64,000 bases of DNA from an uncultured Candidatus Entotheonella sp. (GCA_965215335.1 CBDCDA010000001.1:896001-960000); one strand, 5' to 3'. Counted from the stretch's first letter, positions 49,011-58,851 are shown. A program made the numbers and translations. The notes: generated by a model from the letters alone, not told the origin.

Positions 49011-50696
49011 CTATTGCTGACGCGCTCCGAAAGAGCCGGCGAAGGTGTGGTCACCGTCCGTAGCGCCAAACGTGCCGGCAAAGGCGCTCGGAATGTCGGA
49101 GGCGGCATGGCCGTTACCGAAGAACTTGCCGCCCCAGGAGCCGCGCCAGCGTGTAGTGGCCGTGTCGTCGCCGAAGGCATTTCCATCAACCCAGCCGCCG
49201 CGGACAGGGGAGCCTCCTGCCGAGGATTGGAAGATGTTGGTTGTTCCATCTTCTCGTCCCGATACCGTGAGGTCCAACTCCGTCAACGGCGAGGTTTCGC
49301 GGCCGTCGATCTCGAATTCGTAAACCCTGCCTTCAATCGTGCCGAAGTCGCTGGGCGTACCGAAGTCGGCCGTCAACTCGACCTTGGCGTTGAACGGGCT
49401 GATCGTTGCAGCCGGCACGTCCGCATACGTCCCGGCTGCCTCGCCTGCGTAGTCGGCGGTTCCGGCAAGCCCCTGGAGGTTGTCCACCATGAAGGGGTCG
49501 TCGCCGCCCGCGAACACGCCGAAGTCATAGGCGTCGAGGTTCGTGACGTCCTCCGGTACGAACAGCCAGCTGCCAAGGGTGAGATAGTTTACGGTCGGCA
49601 CTTCCGCGGGTTGGGGGTGAGCAAGCATTACATCCCCGCTGCCGTCGTCAGGCGTAAAGATTACGGGATCCCCACCCACGTCAGGGGTATACCCCGGAGG
49701 CAGGTTGTCACGCGAGTCCTCGAGACCGCAATAGCCAGCTTCGCCAGCGGCGCAGGAAAAGGTGCCCGCCGCGCTGTCCAGAGAGCCGCGCAGACCGCCT
49801 GCGTAAATCCACAGACCGTCCCAGCCTGCGGGGATGGCAGGAAGATCATCCAGGACGATGTTGGGGTAGGTTGCATCGCCACTAGGATGAGTGGTGAACG
49901 GGTCTCCTGGATTGTCGGATTGCATCAGGTCGGTAAAGAGGCGCAGCGTCAGTGTCCCGCCGCCTTCATATGTCTTCATGGCCTCGACTCCCTGCCATGC
50001 CACCCCGAGGCCGTGATTGTCGATTGGATGGTGCGAGTCAATGGCTCGGAAAGGCCAAAGATCGGGATCGGATTGCAAGGGCCTGTAGGCCAGGGCGATC
50101 CCTGCCACGATTGACAGATTTCCGTCCTCGTCATACCACGGCAGGGCTATGCCCAGACTCCCGTCGCGGTAGGATTGCGACATGGAAGTGTACTTGGATC
50201 CTGAATGGTTGGTCTGGTGATGGAAACGCCACCCGGCAAGCTCATAGTCGCTATCCCAATCCGGCGACTTGCGGATGAGGATGGTGTCCCCGACACGGTT
50301 CACCTTCTCCACGCCATAAGCAGCAGCGTCCCGGATCTTGTCTGCCGCTGCCAAGGCAACACGCGCATCGATACGGGCTTGTTCCGCAGCATCACGCTCC
50401 TGCTCTGCCATCACCCGAGCTGCTTTCTCCATGTCCAGTTGCCGCTCCCGGATCTTGCCTGCCGCTTCCAAGGCAACACGCGCATCAATACGGGCTTGTT
50501 CCGCAGCGTCACGCTCCTGCTCTGCCATCACTCGAGCTGCTTTCTCCACGTCCAGTTGCCGTTCCAAGCCTGCCAATTTGCCGTCGTCCGAGCTTGAACA
50601 GCCAATTACTGCCGCGCAAAGCACGACGACCGAGCAAATCAGCGCGATATTGCAACGTTGGGTGGCGATTACGGGGGGGCAAATTGCTCTAAGCAT
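49011..50696 (-). CDS. Putative surface lipoprotein with coiled-coil duplication and transferrin-binding-like C-terminal barrel
   Basis: Lipobox-like VIGC; C-terminal WGGKFFG...AGTFGA...AGSFGA strands; 39-aa tandem repeat. Confidence 0.6.
   Translation of the reverse strand: MLRAICPPVIATQRCNIALICSVVVLCAAVIGCSSSDDGKLAGLERQLDVEKAARVMAEQERDAAEQARIDARVALEAAGKIRERQLDMEKAARVMAEQERDAAEQARIDARVALAAADKIRDAAAYGVEKVNRVGDTILIRKSPDWDSDYELAGWRFHHQTNHSGSKYTSMSQSYRDGSLGIALPWYDEDGNLSIVAGIALAYRPLQSDPDLWPFRAIDSHHPIDNHGLGVAWQGVEAMKTYEGGGTLTLRLFTDLMQSDNPGDPFTTHPSGDATYPNIVLDDLPAIPAGWDGLWIYAGGLRGSLDSAAGTFSCAAGEAGYCGLEDSRDNLPPGYTPDVGGDPVIFTPDDGSGDVMLAHPQPAEVPTVNYLTLGSWLFVPEDVTNLDAYDFGVFAGGDDPFMVDNLQGLAGTADYAGEAAGTYADVPAATISPFNAKVELTADFGTPSDFGTIEGRVYEFEIDGRETSPLTELDLTVSGREDGTTNIFQSSAGGSPVRGGWVDGNAFGDDTATTRWRGSWGGKFFGNGHAASDIPSAFAGTFGATDGDHTFAGSFGARQQ
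50329..50562 (-). repeat. Intragenic 117-bp tandem duplication (2 copies)
   Basis: ERQLDxEKAARVMAEQERDAAEQARIDARVALxAAxKIR twice, with a nucleotide offset of 117. Confidence 0.9.
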
Positions 50697-50957
50697 CCTC
50701 GACTCCTCCAATGTTGTCTGTCTGACAGACATGTCAGATGGGCTCTGGTATACCTTTGACGCCTTCCGGCCTCCGCGGGAGGGGACCCGCTGATACGATC
50801 TGTGTCATATCACGTGTTGGGGAGGAAATCAAACGGATACACGACCCCACCGCGACCTGCAAATCGGCGGGTTTCGCCCGGAAGCGATGAGGCCGGCCAA
50901 GTGTGAAAAACGCCGCTTTTTGGCTCCCAAGTGGGGACTTTTGGGCGGACCGCCGGC

Positions 50958-51344
50958 TTACTCGGCGGCCCCGGCACCCTGCGCGTCGAGCCGCCCTTCG
51001 AGACGCGAAACCCGACGGTCGAAACTCATGATGGCCTCGAGAACCCTGTCGAAGCGGGCGTCCACCCTGTCGAAGCGCGCATTGGTTTCGGCCTGCTGGC
51101 GGTCCATGCGGTCAAACATCTTGTCGAAGCGCGCGTCCACCGCGTCGAAGCGGGTGTTGACGGCCTCAAAACGCATATTGGTCTCAGCCTGCTGGCGGTC
51201 GAAGCGGGCACTGGTCTCGGCCTGCAGGCGGTCCATGCGCTCGTTCAAGGCGTCAATACGCGCGTTGACACCGTTGAACATGGTCACCATCGCCACGAAC
51301 AAACCCGCCAGCAGCACGTAGTTACTGATCGCCTTCCAGTCCAT
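50958..51344 (-). CDS. Small membrane-anchored coiled-coil repeat protein
   Basis: AGGAGAGG SD, one N-terminal TM, repeated RFD/RFE heptads. Confidence 0.7.
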   Translation of the reverse strand: MDWKAISNYVLLAGLFVAMVTMFNGVNARIDALNERMDRLQAETSARFDRQQAETNMRFEAVNTRFDAVDARFDKMFDRMDRQQAETNARFDRVDARFDRVLEAIMSFDRRVSRLEGRLDAQGAGAAE

Positions 51345-51435
51345 TTCCCTCTCCTTTCAGTCACGTCCGGAGCCGCGCGGCGGCTCCCAAGGCATCCAGG
51401 TCGTCGAAATCGTGCCCGCAGACCGCCGGCCAGGA

Positions 51436-51828
51436 TCAGCCGCCGTCGCGGACTTCCCTGAATACCCGGCTCGCCGTCAGCAGCGATTCGCGGACCAGCG
51501 GCAGGCCGACGTAACCGGACATGTGGATCAGCACCTCGACCAGTTCATCTTCGGTCCAGCCCTGCCGCAGCGCCATGCGCAGGTGCAGCGCCAGTTCCGG
51601 GTCGCGTCCGGTGGCGACGTCCGACACCACGCACACCAGCGCGCGGGTCTTCAGGTCCAGCCCCGGACGGGTCCACAGGGCGCCGAAGACGGTTTCGGCG
51701 GCGAGGTCGCGGAATTTCTGCATGATCGGATCGCTGTAAGTGGTGCTGTTCATGCTGGCGGCGAACGCCTCGCCCATCAGCTCGCCACGCAGCGCGATGC
51801 CCTTGCGGTACAGGTCACTCTCGGCCAT
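51436..51828 (-). CDS. Carboxymuconolactone decarboxylase family protein
   Basis: FGALWTRPGLDLKTR, LHLRMAL, YVGLP. Confidence 0.88.
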   Translation of the reverse strand: MAESDLYRKGIALRGELMGEAFAASMNSTTYSDPIMQKFRDLAAETVFGALWTRPGLDLKTRALVCVVSDVATGRDPELALHLRMALRQGWTEDELVEVLIHMSGYVGLPLVRESLLTASRVFREVRDGG

Positions 51829-52074
51829 GGTATCTCTCCTGTGTGTAACGCATTGATCCGGGCCATGCGGCCCTCCTCTCCCCTGCCCTGGCAGGAAGCG
51901 CCGCAGGTGGCGCGCAGGATAGCACGGCGGCCAGCCGCCGGTTGACCCATCGCCGCATGTCCTCTATCTTGAGACGTCCCGTCCCCTGACATTGCGCACG
52001 GCCTTTCGGGACCCGCCGCTTCCCCCGCGCGGACGCCGTGACGACCCAACCGTCTCAGGGAGAAGGCAAGAGGC

Positions 52075-52941
52075 ATGAAATACGGCGTGGTATTTCCGCA
52101 GACGGAGTACGGCAACGACCCGCAGGCCATCAAGGATTACGCCCAGACCGCTGAGGGGCTGGGCTACGACTACCTGCTCGTCTACGACCACGTGCTCGGC
52201 GCCCACCCGGACCGCCAACCCCGGCTCACCGGCCCGTACACCGACGCCCACCCCTTCCACGAACCCATGGTTTTGTTCGGTTTTCTCGCCGCGATCACCA
52301 CCAAGCTGGAACTCGTCACCGGCATTCTCATCCTGCCGCAGCGCCAGACGGCGCTAGTGGCCAAGCAGACGGCGGCGGTCGACGTGCTGAGCGGCGGACG
52401 GTTGCGGCTCGGCATCGGCATCGGCTGGAACTACGTCGAGTACGACGCGCTCGGCAAGAACTTCCGCACCCGCGGACGGCAAGTGGAAGAGCAGATCGAG
52501 GTGCTGCGCAAGTTGTGGACGCAACCGCTGGTGACACACCAGACGGACGACCACGACATCGACAACGCTGGCATCCTTCCCCTGCCCGTCCAGCGGCCGA
52601 TCCCGATCTGGTTCGGCGGCGTTGCCGAGCCGGTGCTGAAACGCGCCGCCCGCCTCGGCGACGGCTGGATGCCCGCCGGACGCCTGCCGGATGACGAGAT
52701 GCGCGGCCACGTCGAACGCCTACACGGTTACCTGCGCGACGCCGGGCGCGACCCGCAGAGCTTCGGCATCGATCCCTGGATCAGCATCCTGGACCTCGGT
52801 CAGAACGTGTGGCGCCAGCGCGTCGAGGCCTGGCGGGGACTCGGCGCCAGCCACGTCGCCATCGACACCATGCGCGCCGGCTTCAGGACGCCGCAGCAAC
52901 ACATGGACGCCATTCGCGCCTTCCGCGACGTGCTCGACTGA
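52075..52941 (+). CDS. LLM class (F420-dependent-like) oxidoreductase
   Basis: YDHV, GILILPQRQTALVAKQ, LSGGRLRLGIGIGWN, GDGW. Confidence 0.9.
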   Translation: MKYGVVFPQTEYGNDPQAIKDYAQTAEGLGYDYLLVYDHVLGAHPDRQPRLTGPYTDAHPFHEPMVLFGFLAAITTKLELVTGILILPQRQTALVAKQTAAVDVLSGGRLRLGIGIGWNYVEYDALGKNFRTRGRQVEEQIEVLRKLWTQPLVTHQTDDHDIDNAGILPLPVQRPIPIWFGGVAEPVLKRAARLGDGWMPAGRLPDDEMRGHVERLHGYLRDAGRDPQSFGIDPWISILDLGQNVWRQRVEAWRGLGASHVAIDTMRAGFRTPQQHMDAIRAFRDVLD

Positions 52942-52990
52942 ACGCCACGCTTCAGGCCGCCGCGGCAACCGACGACAGGGAGCCTTCCCC

Positions 52991-53494
52991 ATGACGCGCA
53001 GAAACATCGTCGCCGTCGTTCTCGTCCTGGTCTCGCTCGTGGTCGTCGTACCGGGCCTCATCCAGCCGATCATCACCCTGAGCGCCAACATGATGGGCCG
53101 CCAGGTGTTCGCGGAGACCCGCAGCATCCTGCAAACCGTCAGGGACCTGCACGAATCGGGCAACGACTTGGTCGCCGGGCTGATCCTCTTTTTCAGCGTC
53201 ATGGTGCCCTTCATCAAGGCCGTGCTCTTGGCCGTGGTAGGGCTGCTCGAACCGACTCGACCGGCGCGCTACCGCCTCTTCGCCTTCGTGCGCGGCATCA
53301 GCAAGTGGGCCATGGCCGACGTGTTCGTGGTGGGCGTCTATATCGCCTACCTGTCGGCCAAGGCCACCGACGCGCTCGACGCCGAGCTGCACGAGGGCTT
53401 CTACTGCTTCACCGCCTACTGCCTGATCTCGCTGCTTTCGGTGCAGGTCATGCGCGTCGAGCAGCCGCAGCAGACTCAGGCCGGCAGCGCCTGA
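52991..53494 (+). CDS. Paraquat-inducible protein A family membrane protein
   Basis: RSILQTV, FSVMVPFIK, KWAMADVFVV. Confidence 0.8.
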   Translation: MTRRNIVAVVLVLVSLVVVVPGLIQPIITLSANMMGRQVFAETRSILQTVRDLHESGNDLVAGLILFFSVMVPFIKAVLLAVVGLLEPTRPARYRLFAFVRGISKWAMADVFVVGVYIAYLSAKATDALDAELHEGFYCFTAYCLISLLSVQVMRVEQPQQTQAGSA

Positions 53495-53528
53495 CCGTTC
53501 ATGCAACCGTTTACTCGAGGGAAACAAG

Positions 53529-53927
53529 ATGCGTACACTTAGTATCGTAACGACGACCCAGTACCGGAAGGATAACAACTTGCCGCCTATCACGACCGAA
53601 ATCGACTATCCCGAAAGCGCGAACGAAGCGATAGAAGTGTGGGGAAGCGATTTGGTTGAAGCTATTCTCGAGCGTGAAGTAACGGTAATGCACCAATCAA
53701 CGGTGCGTTCGAAGCTCGAGAAGAAGAAGGACGGCGCGATCATTCCGACCGATGTTCCTCTGGAAGAAATTGCCGACGAACTCAGGGACTGGCAACCGGA
53801 GCTTCGCGCAAAGAAGGACGCTGACGATGAGTTGGCGAAGAGGTTGGCTAAGGTAGCGCCCGATCGAATGGCTGCCGTTATGGCACGGGCGGCTGAGATC
53901 CGGGAAGGCAATTGGGGAGGACGATGA
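53529..53927 (+). CDS. Hypothetical protein in a low-GC islet
   Basis: 132-aa ORF with GAGGG SD; AT-richer codon use than its neighbours. Confidence 0.6.
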   Translation: MRTLSIVTTTQYRKDNNLPPITTEIDYPESANEAIEVWGSDLVEAILEREVTVMHQSTVRSKLEKKKDGAIIPTDVPLEEIADELRDWQPELRAKKDADDELAKRLAKVAPDRMAAVMARAAEIREGNWGGR

Positions 53928-53930
53928 ATA

Positions 53931-54080
53931 ATGAGTGAGCTGAAGGCCTACATAGTACAAGTAGTACGGCATATAGATGGAAACGGTGAGAATGACAGAA
54001 CGGCGATAATCTATATGTACTCTGACTCAATGACAGCGTGTGCAGATCTCGCGCGGGCTATTCACGACGACGCGGATTGA
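53931..54080 (+). CDS. Small hypothetical ORF (49 aa), possibly a truncated foreign gene
   Basis: MSELKAYIVQVVRHIDG...; follows GGGGAGG, 3 bp after the previous stop. Confidence 0.35.
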   Translation: MSELKAYIVQVVRHIDGNGENDRTAIIYMYSDSMTACADLARAIHDDAD

Positions 54081-54092
54081 AGGAGATTTTTC

Positions 54093-54623
54093 ATGTCTTC
54101 GGCAGACGGCATACTGGCCGCCCTGGAGTGGAACTGGCGCATGGTCGATGCCACCCTGGCAGATCTCGACGACGCGGCGCTGGCGCGCCAACCGCAGCCG
54201 CAGTGCAACTCCATCGCCTGGACCCTCTGGCACATGAATCGGGTCGTCGATACGTTCGTCCACCAGCGGGTCGGCTCCGAATCGCCGCTATGGCTGCGCG
54301 ACGGCTGGTGCGACAAGTACGGCATGAGCGACGCGCCCGAAGAGCGCGGCGCCGGCTGGAGCGCCGAACAGGTCGCTGCCTGGGCACCACCGGGCAAGGA
54401 CGTTCAGGTGGGCTATTACGAAGCCGTCAAGGAAGCGGCCCGCGCCCGCATTTCCGGCCTCAGCGAGGCCGAGTTGGCGCACCGCCGGGTCATTCCGCCG
54501 ATGCCCGAGCCACGCAGCATCGCCCAGGCCCTGGGGCAGATGACGTGGGACAACGTCTCGCACGGCGGGCAGATTTCCTATATTCGCGGCTTGTTCCACG
54601 GCATGGGCTGGTATCCACGCTAG
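54093..54623 (+). CDS. DinB family protein
   Basis: NSIAWTLWH, SHGGQISYIRG; AAGGAG SD. Confidence 0.85.
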   Translation: MSSADGILAALEWNWRMVDATLADLDDAALARQPQPQCNSIAWTLWHMNRVVDTFVHQRVGSESPLWLRDGWCDKYGMSDAPEERGAGWSAEQVAAWAPPGKDVQVGYYEAVKEAARARISGLSEAELAHRRVIPPMPEPRSIAQALGQMTWDNVSHGGQISYIRGLFHGMGWYPR

Positions 54624-54683
54624 AATCCGACTGCCCGTAACGCGCGCCGGGCACCGGCGCCACACGAAAGAAAGGAATCCGCG

Positions 54684-56291
54684 TTGAAACGAATGCGCCG
54701 CCAATGGCACGCGATCTTCGCCTTGACCCTGCTCGTCTGCCTCTGCGCCGGCCCGCTCGCTGGAGCCGCTGCCGACACGCCCAAATCGGGTGGCACGCTC
54801 AAATTCGTCCCGCACGCCGACCTGAAGGTCATCGACCCCATCTGGACCACCGCCTACATCTCCCGCAATCACGGGTACATGATCTACGACGTGCTGTTCG
54901 CCCTGGACGAAGACCTGCAAATCCGCCCGCAGATGGTGGACACCTGGGAGGTGAGCGACGACGCCTTGCAGTACACCTTCACGCTGCGCGACGGCCTCCG
55001 GTGGCACGACGGCCAGCCGGTCACGTCCGCAGACGTGGTCGCCTCGCTGCGGCGCTGGGGCCGGAAAGACGGGCAGGGGCAACTGCTCATGGCGTTCACC
55101 GACCGTCTCGAAGCGCTCGCCGCCAAGACCTTCCGGCTGACGCTCGAGAAACCCTTCGGCCTGGTTCTGGACGCCCTCGCCAAGCCGAGCAGCAACGTGC
55201 CGTTCATCATGCCGGCGCGGGTGGCCGCCACGCCGCCGGACGAGCAGATTCAGGACACCACCGGCTCCGGCCCGTTTGTCTTCGTGCAGGACGAATGGCG
55301 TCCCGGGCACAAGGTGGTGTACCGTCGCAATGACGCCTACGTGCCGCGCGCCGAGCCGCCGAGCTTCGCGGCCGGCGGCAAGCGGGTGTACGTCGAGCGC
55401 GTCGAGTGGCTGTATCTCCCCGACCCCGCCACCGCCAGCGCCGCGCTGCAGCAGGGCGAGGTGGATTACTGGGAGTTCGCGCCGCCCGACTTCGTGCCCT
55501 CCCTGGAGAGCGCGCCCGGTATCCGCGTGGAGGTGGCCGACCTGTTCGGCGCCCAGGACTGGCTGCGCCCGAACCACCTGCACCCGCCGTTCGACAACAA
55601 GAAGGCGCGTCAGGCGCTGCTGTGGATGGCGGACCAGGAGGCCTACATGCGCGCCGCCTACGGCGCCGAGCGTTTCTGGAAGACCTGCCCGGCCTTTTTC
55701 ATGTGCGGCGGTCCGCATGGCTCCGACGCCGGGGCAAACGCCCTGGTCCGGCAGGACTTCGGCAGGGCCAGGCAGTTGCTGCAGGAGGCGGGTTACGACG
55801 GCCGCCCGGTGGTGCTGATGGCCGCCACCGACATCGCCACGAATTATTACGCCGCGCTGGTGACCGCGCAGTTGCTGAAGAAGAGCGGCCTCAACGTGGA
55901 ATTGCAAGCCATGGATTGGAGCACCGTGGTGGCCCGGCGGGCCGACAAGAAACCGGTGCAGGAGGGCGGTTGGAACCTCTTCCACACCGGCTGGATTTTC
56001 GCCGACCTGTTCACCCCGGCGGTCAACCAGGGCGTGCGCGGTGGTTGCGACGATGCCTGGTTCGGCTGGTATTGCAGCCCCGCCATGGAGGCCCTGCGCG
56101 CCGCCTGGGCGACGACCACGGACGAAGCCGAGCGGCAAGCCCTGGGCGCTGACATCCAACGGCTCGCCATGGACGAGGTTCCCTACGTGCCCCTGGGCGA
56201 AAACGTCACCTACCGGGCCTACCGCGAACACGTCAAGGGGGTGCTGAAATTCCCCGCCCCCGTTCTGTGGAACGTCTGGATGGACGAGTGA
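54684..56291 (+). CDS. Peptide/nickel (family 5) ABC substrate-binding protein
   Basis: DLKVIDPIWTTA, FTLRDGLRWHDG, GSGPF, NHLHPPFDN. Confidence 0.9.
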   Translation: MKRMRRQWHAIFALTLLVCLCAGPLAGAAADTPKSGGTLKFVPHADLKVIDPIWTTAYISRNHGYMIYDVLFALDEDLQIRPQMVDTWEVSDDALQYTFTLRDGLRWHDGQPVTSADVVASLRRWGRKDGQGQLLMAFTDRLEALAAKTFRLTLEKPFGLVLDALAKPSSNVPFIMPARVAATPPDEQIQDTTGSGPFVFVQDEWRPGHKVVYRRNDAYVPRAEPPSFAAGGKRVYVERVEWLYLPDPATASAALQQGEVDYWEFAPPDFVPSLESAPGIRVEVADLFGAQDWLRPNHLHPPFDNKKARQALLWMADQEAYMRAAYGAERFWKTCPAFFMCGGPHGSDAGANALVRQDFGRARQLLQEAGYDGRPVVLMAATDIATNYYAALVTAQLLKKSGLNVELQAMDWSTVVARRADKKPVQEGGWNLFHTGWIFADLFTPAVNQGVRGGCDDAWFGWYCSPAMEALRAAWATTTDEAERQALGADIQRLAMDEVPYVPLGENVTYRAYREHVKGVLKFPAPVLWNVWMDE

Positions 56292-56349
56292 CGATCGAGC
56301 CGGACAGGTTTGGCGCCAAATGGCGCGGTTCCCTGTTCCGATACGGCCA

Positions 56350-56430
56350 GACAGCTTTTTGGATGACGAATCGTCGTTCGTCACCGGTGCCGAGATGGTC
56401 ATCGACGGCGGCATGACGGCCGTCCAGGCA
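56350..56430 (+). pseudogene. C-terminal remnant of an SDR gene
   Basis: Translates to DDESSFVTGAEMVIDGGMTA with no upstream gene body. Confidence 0.65.
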
Positions 56431-56453
56431 CCTCAGACTTCCGGGGAGACATC

Positions 56454-57647
56454 ATGACCACGACCAACGGCGCCCTTCCCCTTTCCCGTTTCACCGTCCT
56501 GGACCTCACCCGTGTGCGGGCCGGCCCGACCTGCGTGCGCCAGCTGGCCGACTGGGGCGCCAACGCCATCAAGATCGAACTGCCCGAGGCGCTGGAAGGC
56601 AACACCGGCCTCGGCGGGCCGCGGCACGGCTCCGACTTCCAGAACCTGCACCGCAACAAACGCAGCATCACCCTCGACCTGAAAGCGCCGGAAGGACTGA
56701 ACCTCTTCAAGCGGCTGGTCGAAAAAGCCGACGTGGTAGTGGAGAACTATCGACCGGACGTGAAACACCGTCTGGGGGTGGATTACGAAGCGCTCAGCGC
56801 GGTCAACCCGCGCCTGGTTTACGGCAGCATCTCCGGGTTCGGCCAGGATGGGCCGTACCACAGCCGCCCCGGATTCGATCAGATCGCGCAGGGCATGGGC
56901 GGGTTGATGTCCATCACCGGGCTGCCCGGCCAGGGGCCGGTGCGCGCCGGCGTGCCCATTGCCGACCTGTGTGCCGGGCTGGCGTGCGCCCTGGGCATTC
57001 TCACCGCCTTGCTTGAAAGAGAAGCGACCGGCAAGGGGCAGTGGGTGCAGGCGTCGCTGCTGCAGGCGCAGATTTTCATGCTGGATTTCCAGGCGGCGCG
57101 CTGGCTGCTGGAAAAGGAGGTGCCGCCACAGGCCGGCAACAACCACCCCACCAGCATTCCGACCGGCGTGTTCAGGACGGCGGACGGCCATATCAACATC
57201 GCGTCGGCAGGCGAGGCCATCTGGGCGCGTCTTTGCGAGGCCATCGAGGCGCCGGAACTGCTCGACGACGCCCGGTATGCCGACGGCGCCGCGCGCTCCG
57301 AGAATCGCAACGCCCTCAATGCAGCCATCGAAAGCCGTACGCAGGGCTACACCAGCGAGGAACTCATCGCCCTGCTCAACACCGCCGGGGTGCCGTGCGG
57401 GCCGATTCACTCGGTGGATCAGGTGTTCCAGGACCCGCAGGTGAAGCACCTCGGCATGGCCCGGCCCGTCCATCACCCGGAGTTGGGCGCTATCGAGCTG
57501 GTCGGCCAGCCCTTCACCCTCAGCCGCCATGGCAACCGGCTGCGAACGGCCACCCCGTCGCGCGGCCAGAACACCGCCGAGGTGCTGGGTGAGTTGGGCC
57601 TCGATGCCGAGGAAATCGAGGCTTTGCGATCTCGCCAAGTCGTGTAA
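56454..57647 (+). CDS. CaiB/BaiF family III CoA transferase
   Basis: VLDLTRVRAGP, RNKRSITLDLK, ENYRP, SISGFGQDGP, PIAD. Confidence 0.92.
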   Translation: MTTTNGALPLSRFTVLDLTRVRAGPTCVRQLADWGANAIKIELPEALEGNTGLGGPRHGSDFQNLHRNKRSITLDLKAPEGLNLFKRLVEKADVVVENYRPDVKHRLGVDYEALSAVNPRLVYGSISGFGQDGPYHSRPGFDQIAQGMGGLMSITGLPGQGPVRAGVPIADLCAGLACALGILTALLEREATGKGQWVQASLLQAQIFMLDFQAARWLLEKEVPPQAGNNHPTSIPTGVFRTADGHINIASAGEAIWARLCEAIEAPELLDDARYADGAARSENRNALNAAIESRTQGYTSEELIALLNTAGVPCGPIHSVDQVFQDPQVKHLGMARPVHHPELGAIELVGQPFTLSRHGNRLRTATPSRGQNTAEVLGELGLDAEEIEALRSRQVV

Positions 57648-57737
57648 TGGGGAACGCGCCGTCGGTGTGCTATGATGCTTGGCGCTTTTCACATACCTGA
57701 ACTTGAATACGTATCCATCCACATGAAAGGAGACGAC

Positions 57738-58022
57738 ATGCCCAGGTACGTCATCGAACGGGCCATCCCCGACATTGGCTCGGCCGAGCGCGAAGCCCTC
57801 CGCGATGCGTCGCAAAAGTCCAACAGCGTTCTCGCCGCCATGAAGGCCGAAAACAAGAATATCCAGTGGGAACACAGCTACGTGGCTGGTGACCGCACCT
57901 TCTGCATCTACATCGCCGACAGCGAGGCGCTCATCCACGAGCATGCCGAGCGCAGCGGATTCCCGGCCACGGTGGTGACCCCGGTTCGCAAGATGATCGA
58001 TCCCGTCACCGCCGAAGGCTGA
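57738..58022 (+). CDS. DUF4242-like protein
   Basis: [32 protein letters not shown]. Confidence 0.8.
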   Translation: MPRYVIERAIPDIGSAEREALRDASQKSNSVLAAMKAENKNIQWEHSYVAGDRTFCIYIADSEALIHEHAERSGFPATVVTPVRKMIDPVTAEG

Positions 58023-58158
58023 CAGCATCGTCCGGCATGGGCGGCGCCTCGGATCGACCCGCTCTTGCCGGCTCGGTTTCTTCAACCTCGATTCCCTGCC
58101 CGCATCTTTTCGCACACGACACCTCACCCATCCCGCCCGAGCCCGCAGGAGAGTGCCG

Positions 58159-58487
58159 ATGAAGCCCTGCCGTTCCATCCTGTTCGTGCCGGGAAACCGC
58201 CCTGACTGGATCGACAAGGCCCCCCGGTTCGGCCCGGACGCCTTGATCGTCGATCTCGAGGACGCCGTGCCCATCGCCAACGAGGTGTTCGCGCTCTGCC
58301 AGGAGGAAACCGACTGGAACGAGGGCGTCTTGCAGGCCATGGCCGAAAGCCGAACGACAAGGCCGCGCCGCCACGACGGATGACGGCATGATGATCGACT
58401 ACGCCCATGTGCAATGCCGCCGCCTGCTGCAGCAGGCGGCGGCATTCGGCCAAGGTGGGAGCGTACCCGCACGTCAAGGCGTTGTGA
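58159..58487 (+). pseudogene. Internally deleted CitE/HpcH-HpaI (citryl/malyl-CoA lyase) gene
   Basis: [10 protein letters not shown]...[11 protein letters not shown] is joined directly to C-terminal NEVF..., then a frameshifted GMMIDYAHV. Confidence 0.8.
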
Positions 58488-58510
58488 GGGCCGCGGAATC
58501 GACATCTCGG

Positions 58511-58532
58511 TTTGCATTGAATTTGCATTGAA
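58511..58532. promoter_or_regulatory. Tandem 11-bp direct repeat, candidate operator
   Basis: TTTGCATTGAA twice, ~90 bp upstream of the symporter operon. Confidence 0.45.
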
Positions 58533-58623
58533 ACGGACATTCGTATAGGGTATCTGCCCCGCAACGGACAAGGTGGCCTGCATGCGTGGGCGCAATTTCA
58601 TTTTGTCAGGGAAAGGACATTGC

Positions 58624-58851
58624 ATGGCAGGGGTAGGCTGGATCATCATGGGTATCGGATTCGCGATTCAGGTACTCGTCCCAGTAGGCATTTTTGGCAG
58701 ACCGGCAGGGCTGATTCTGGGCATACCGACCCAACTCGCATACGTGTTCCTGGGGACATGGGTTCTGGTGGTAGGACTGATCATTGTTTACAACACTTGG
58801 CTGATGCCATATGCCAGGCGGCTCGATGCCAGCCTGGATGCGGATAACTGA
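58624..58851 (+). CDS. Small 2-TM partner of sodium:solute symporter (DUF3311/DUF485-like)
   Basis: Two hydrophobic segments, ILGIP; AAGGA SD; directly upstream of the SSS gene. Confidence 0.7.
   Translation: MAGVGWIIMGIGFAIQVLVPVGIFGRPAGLILGIPTQLAYVFLGTWVLVVGLIIVYNTWLMPYARRLDASLDADN

Noticed and set aside
58511..58533. ATTGAA(A) copies as a degenerate mini-CRISPR
   Set aside because: The copies are directly adjacent with no spacer and lack the repeat hairpin.
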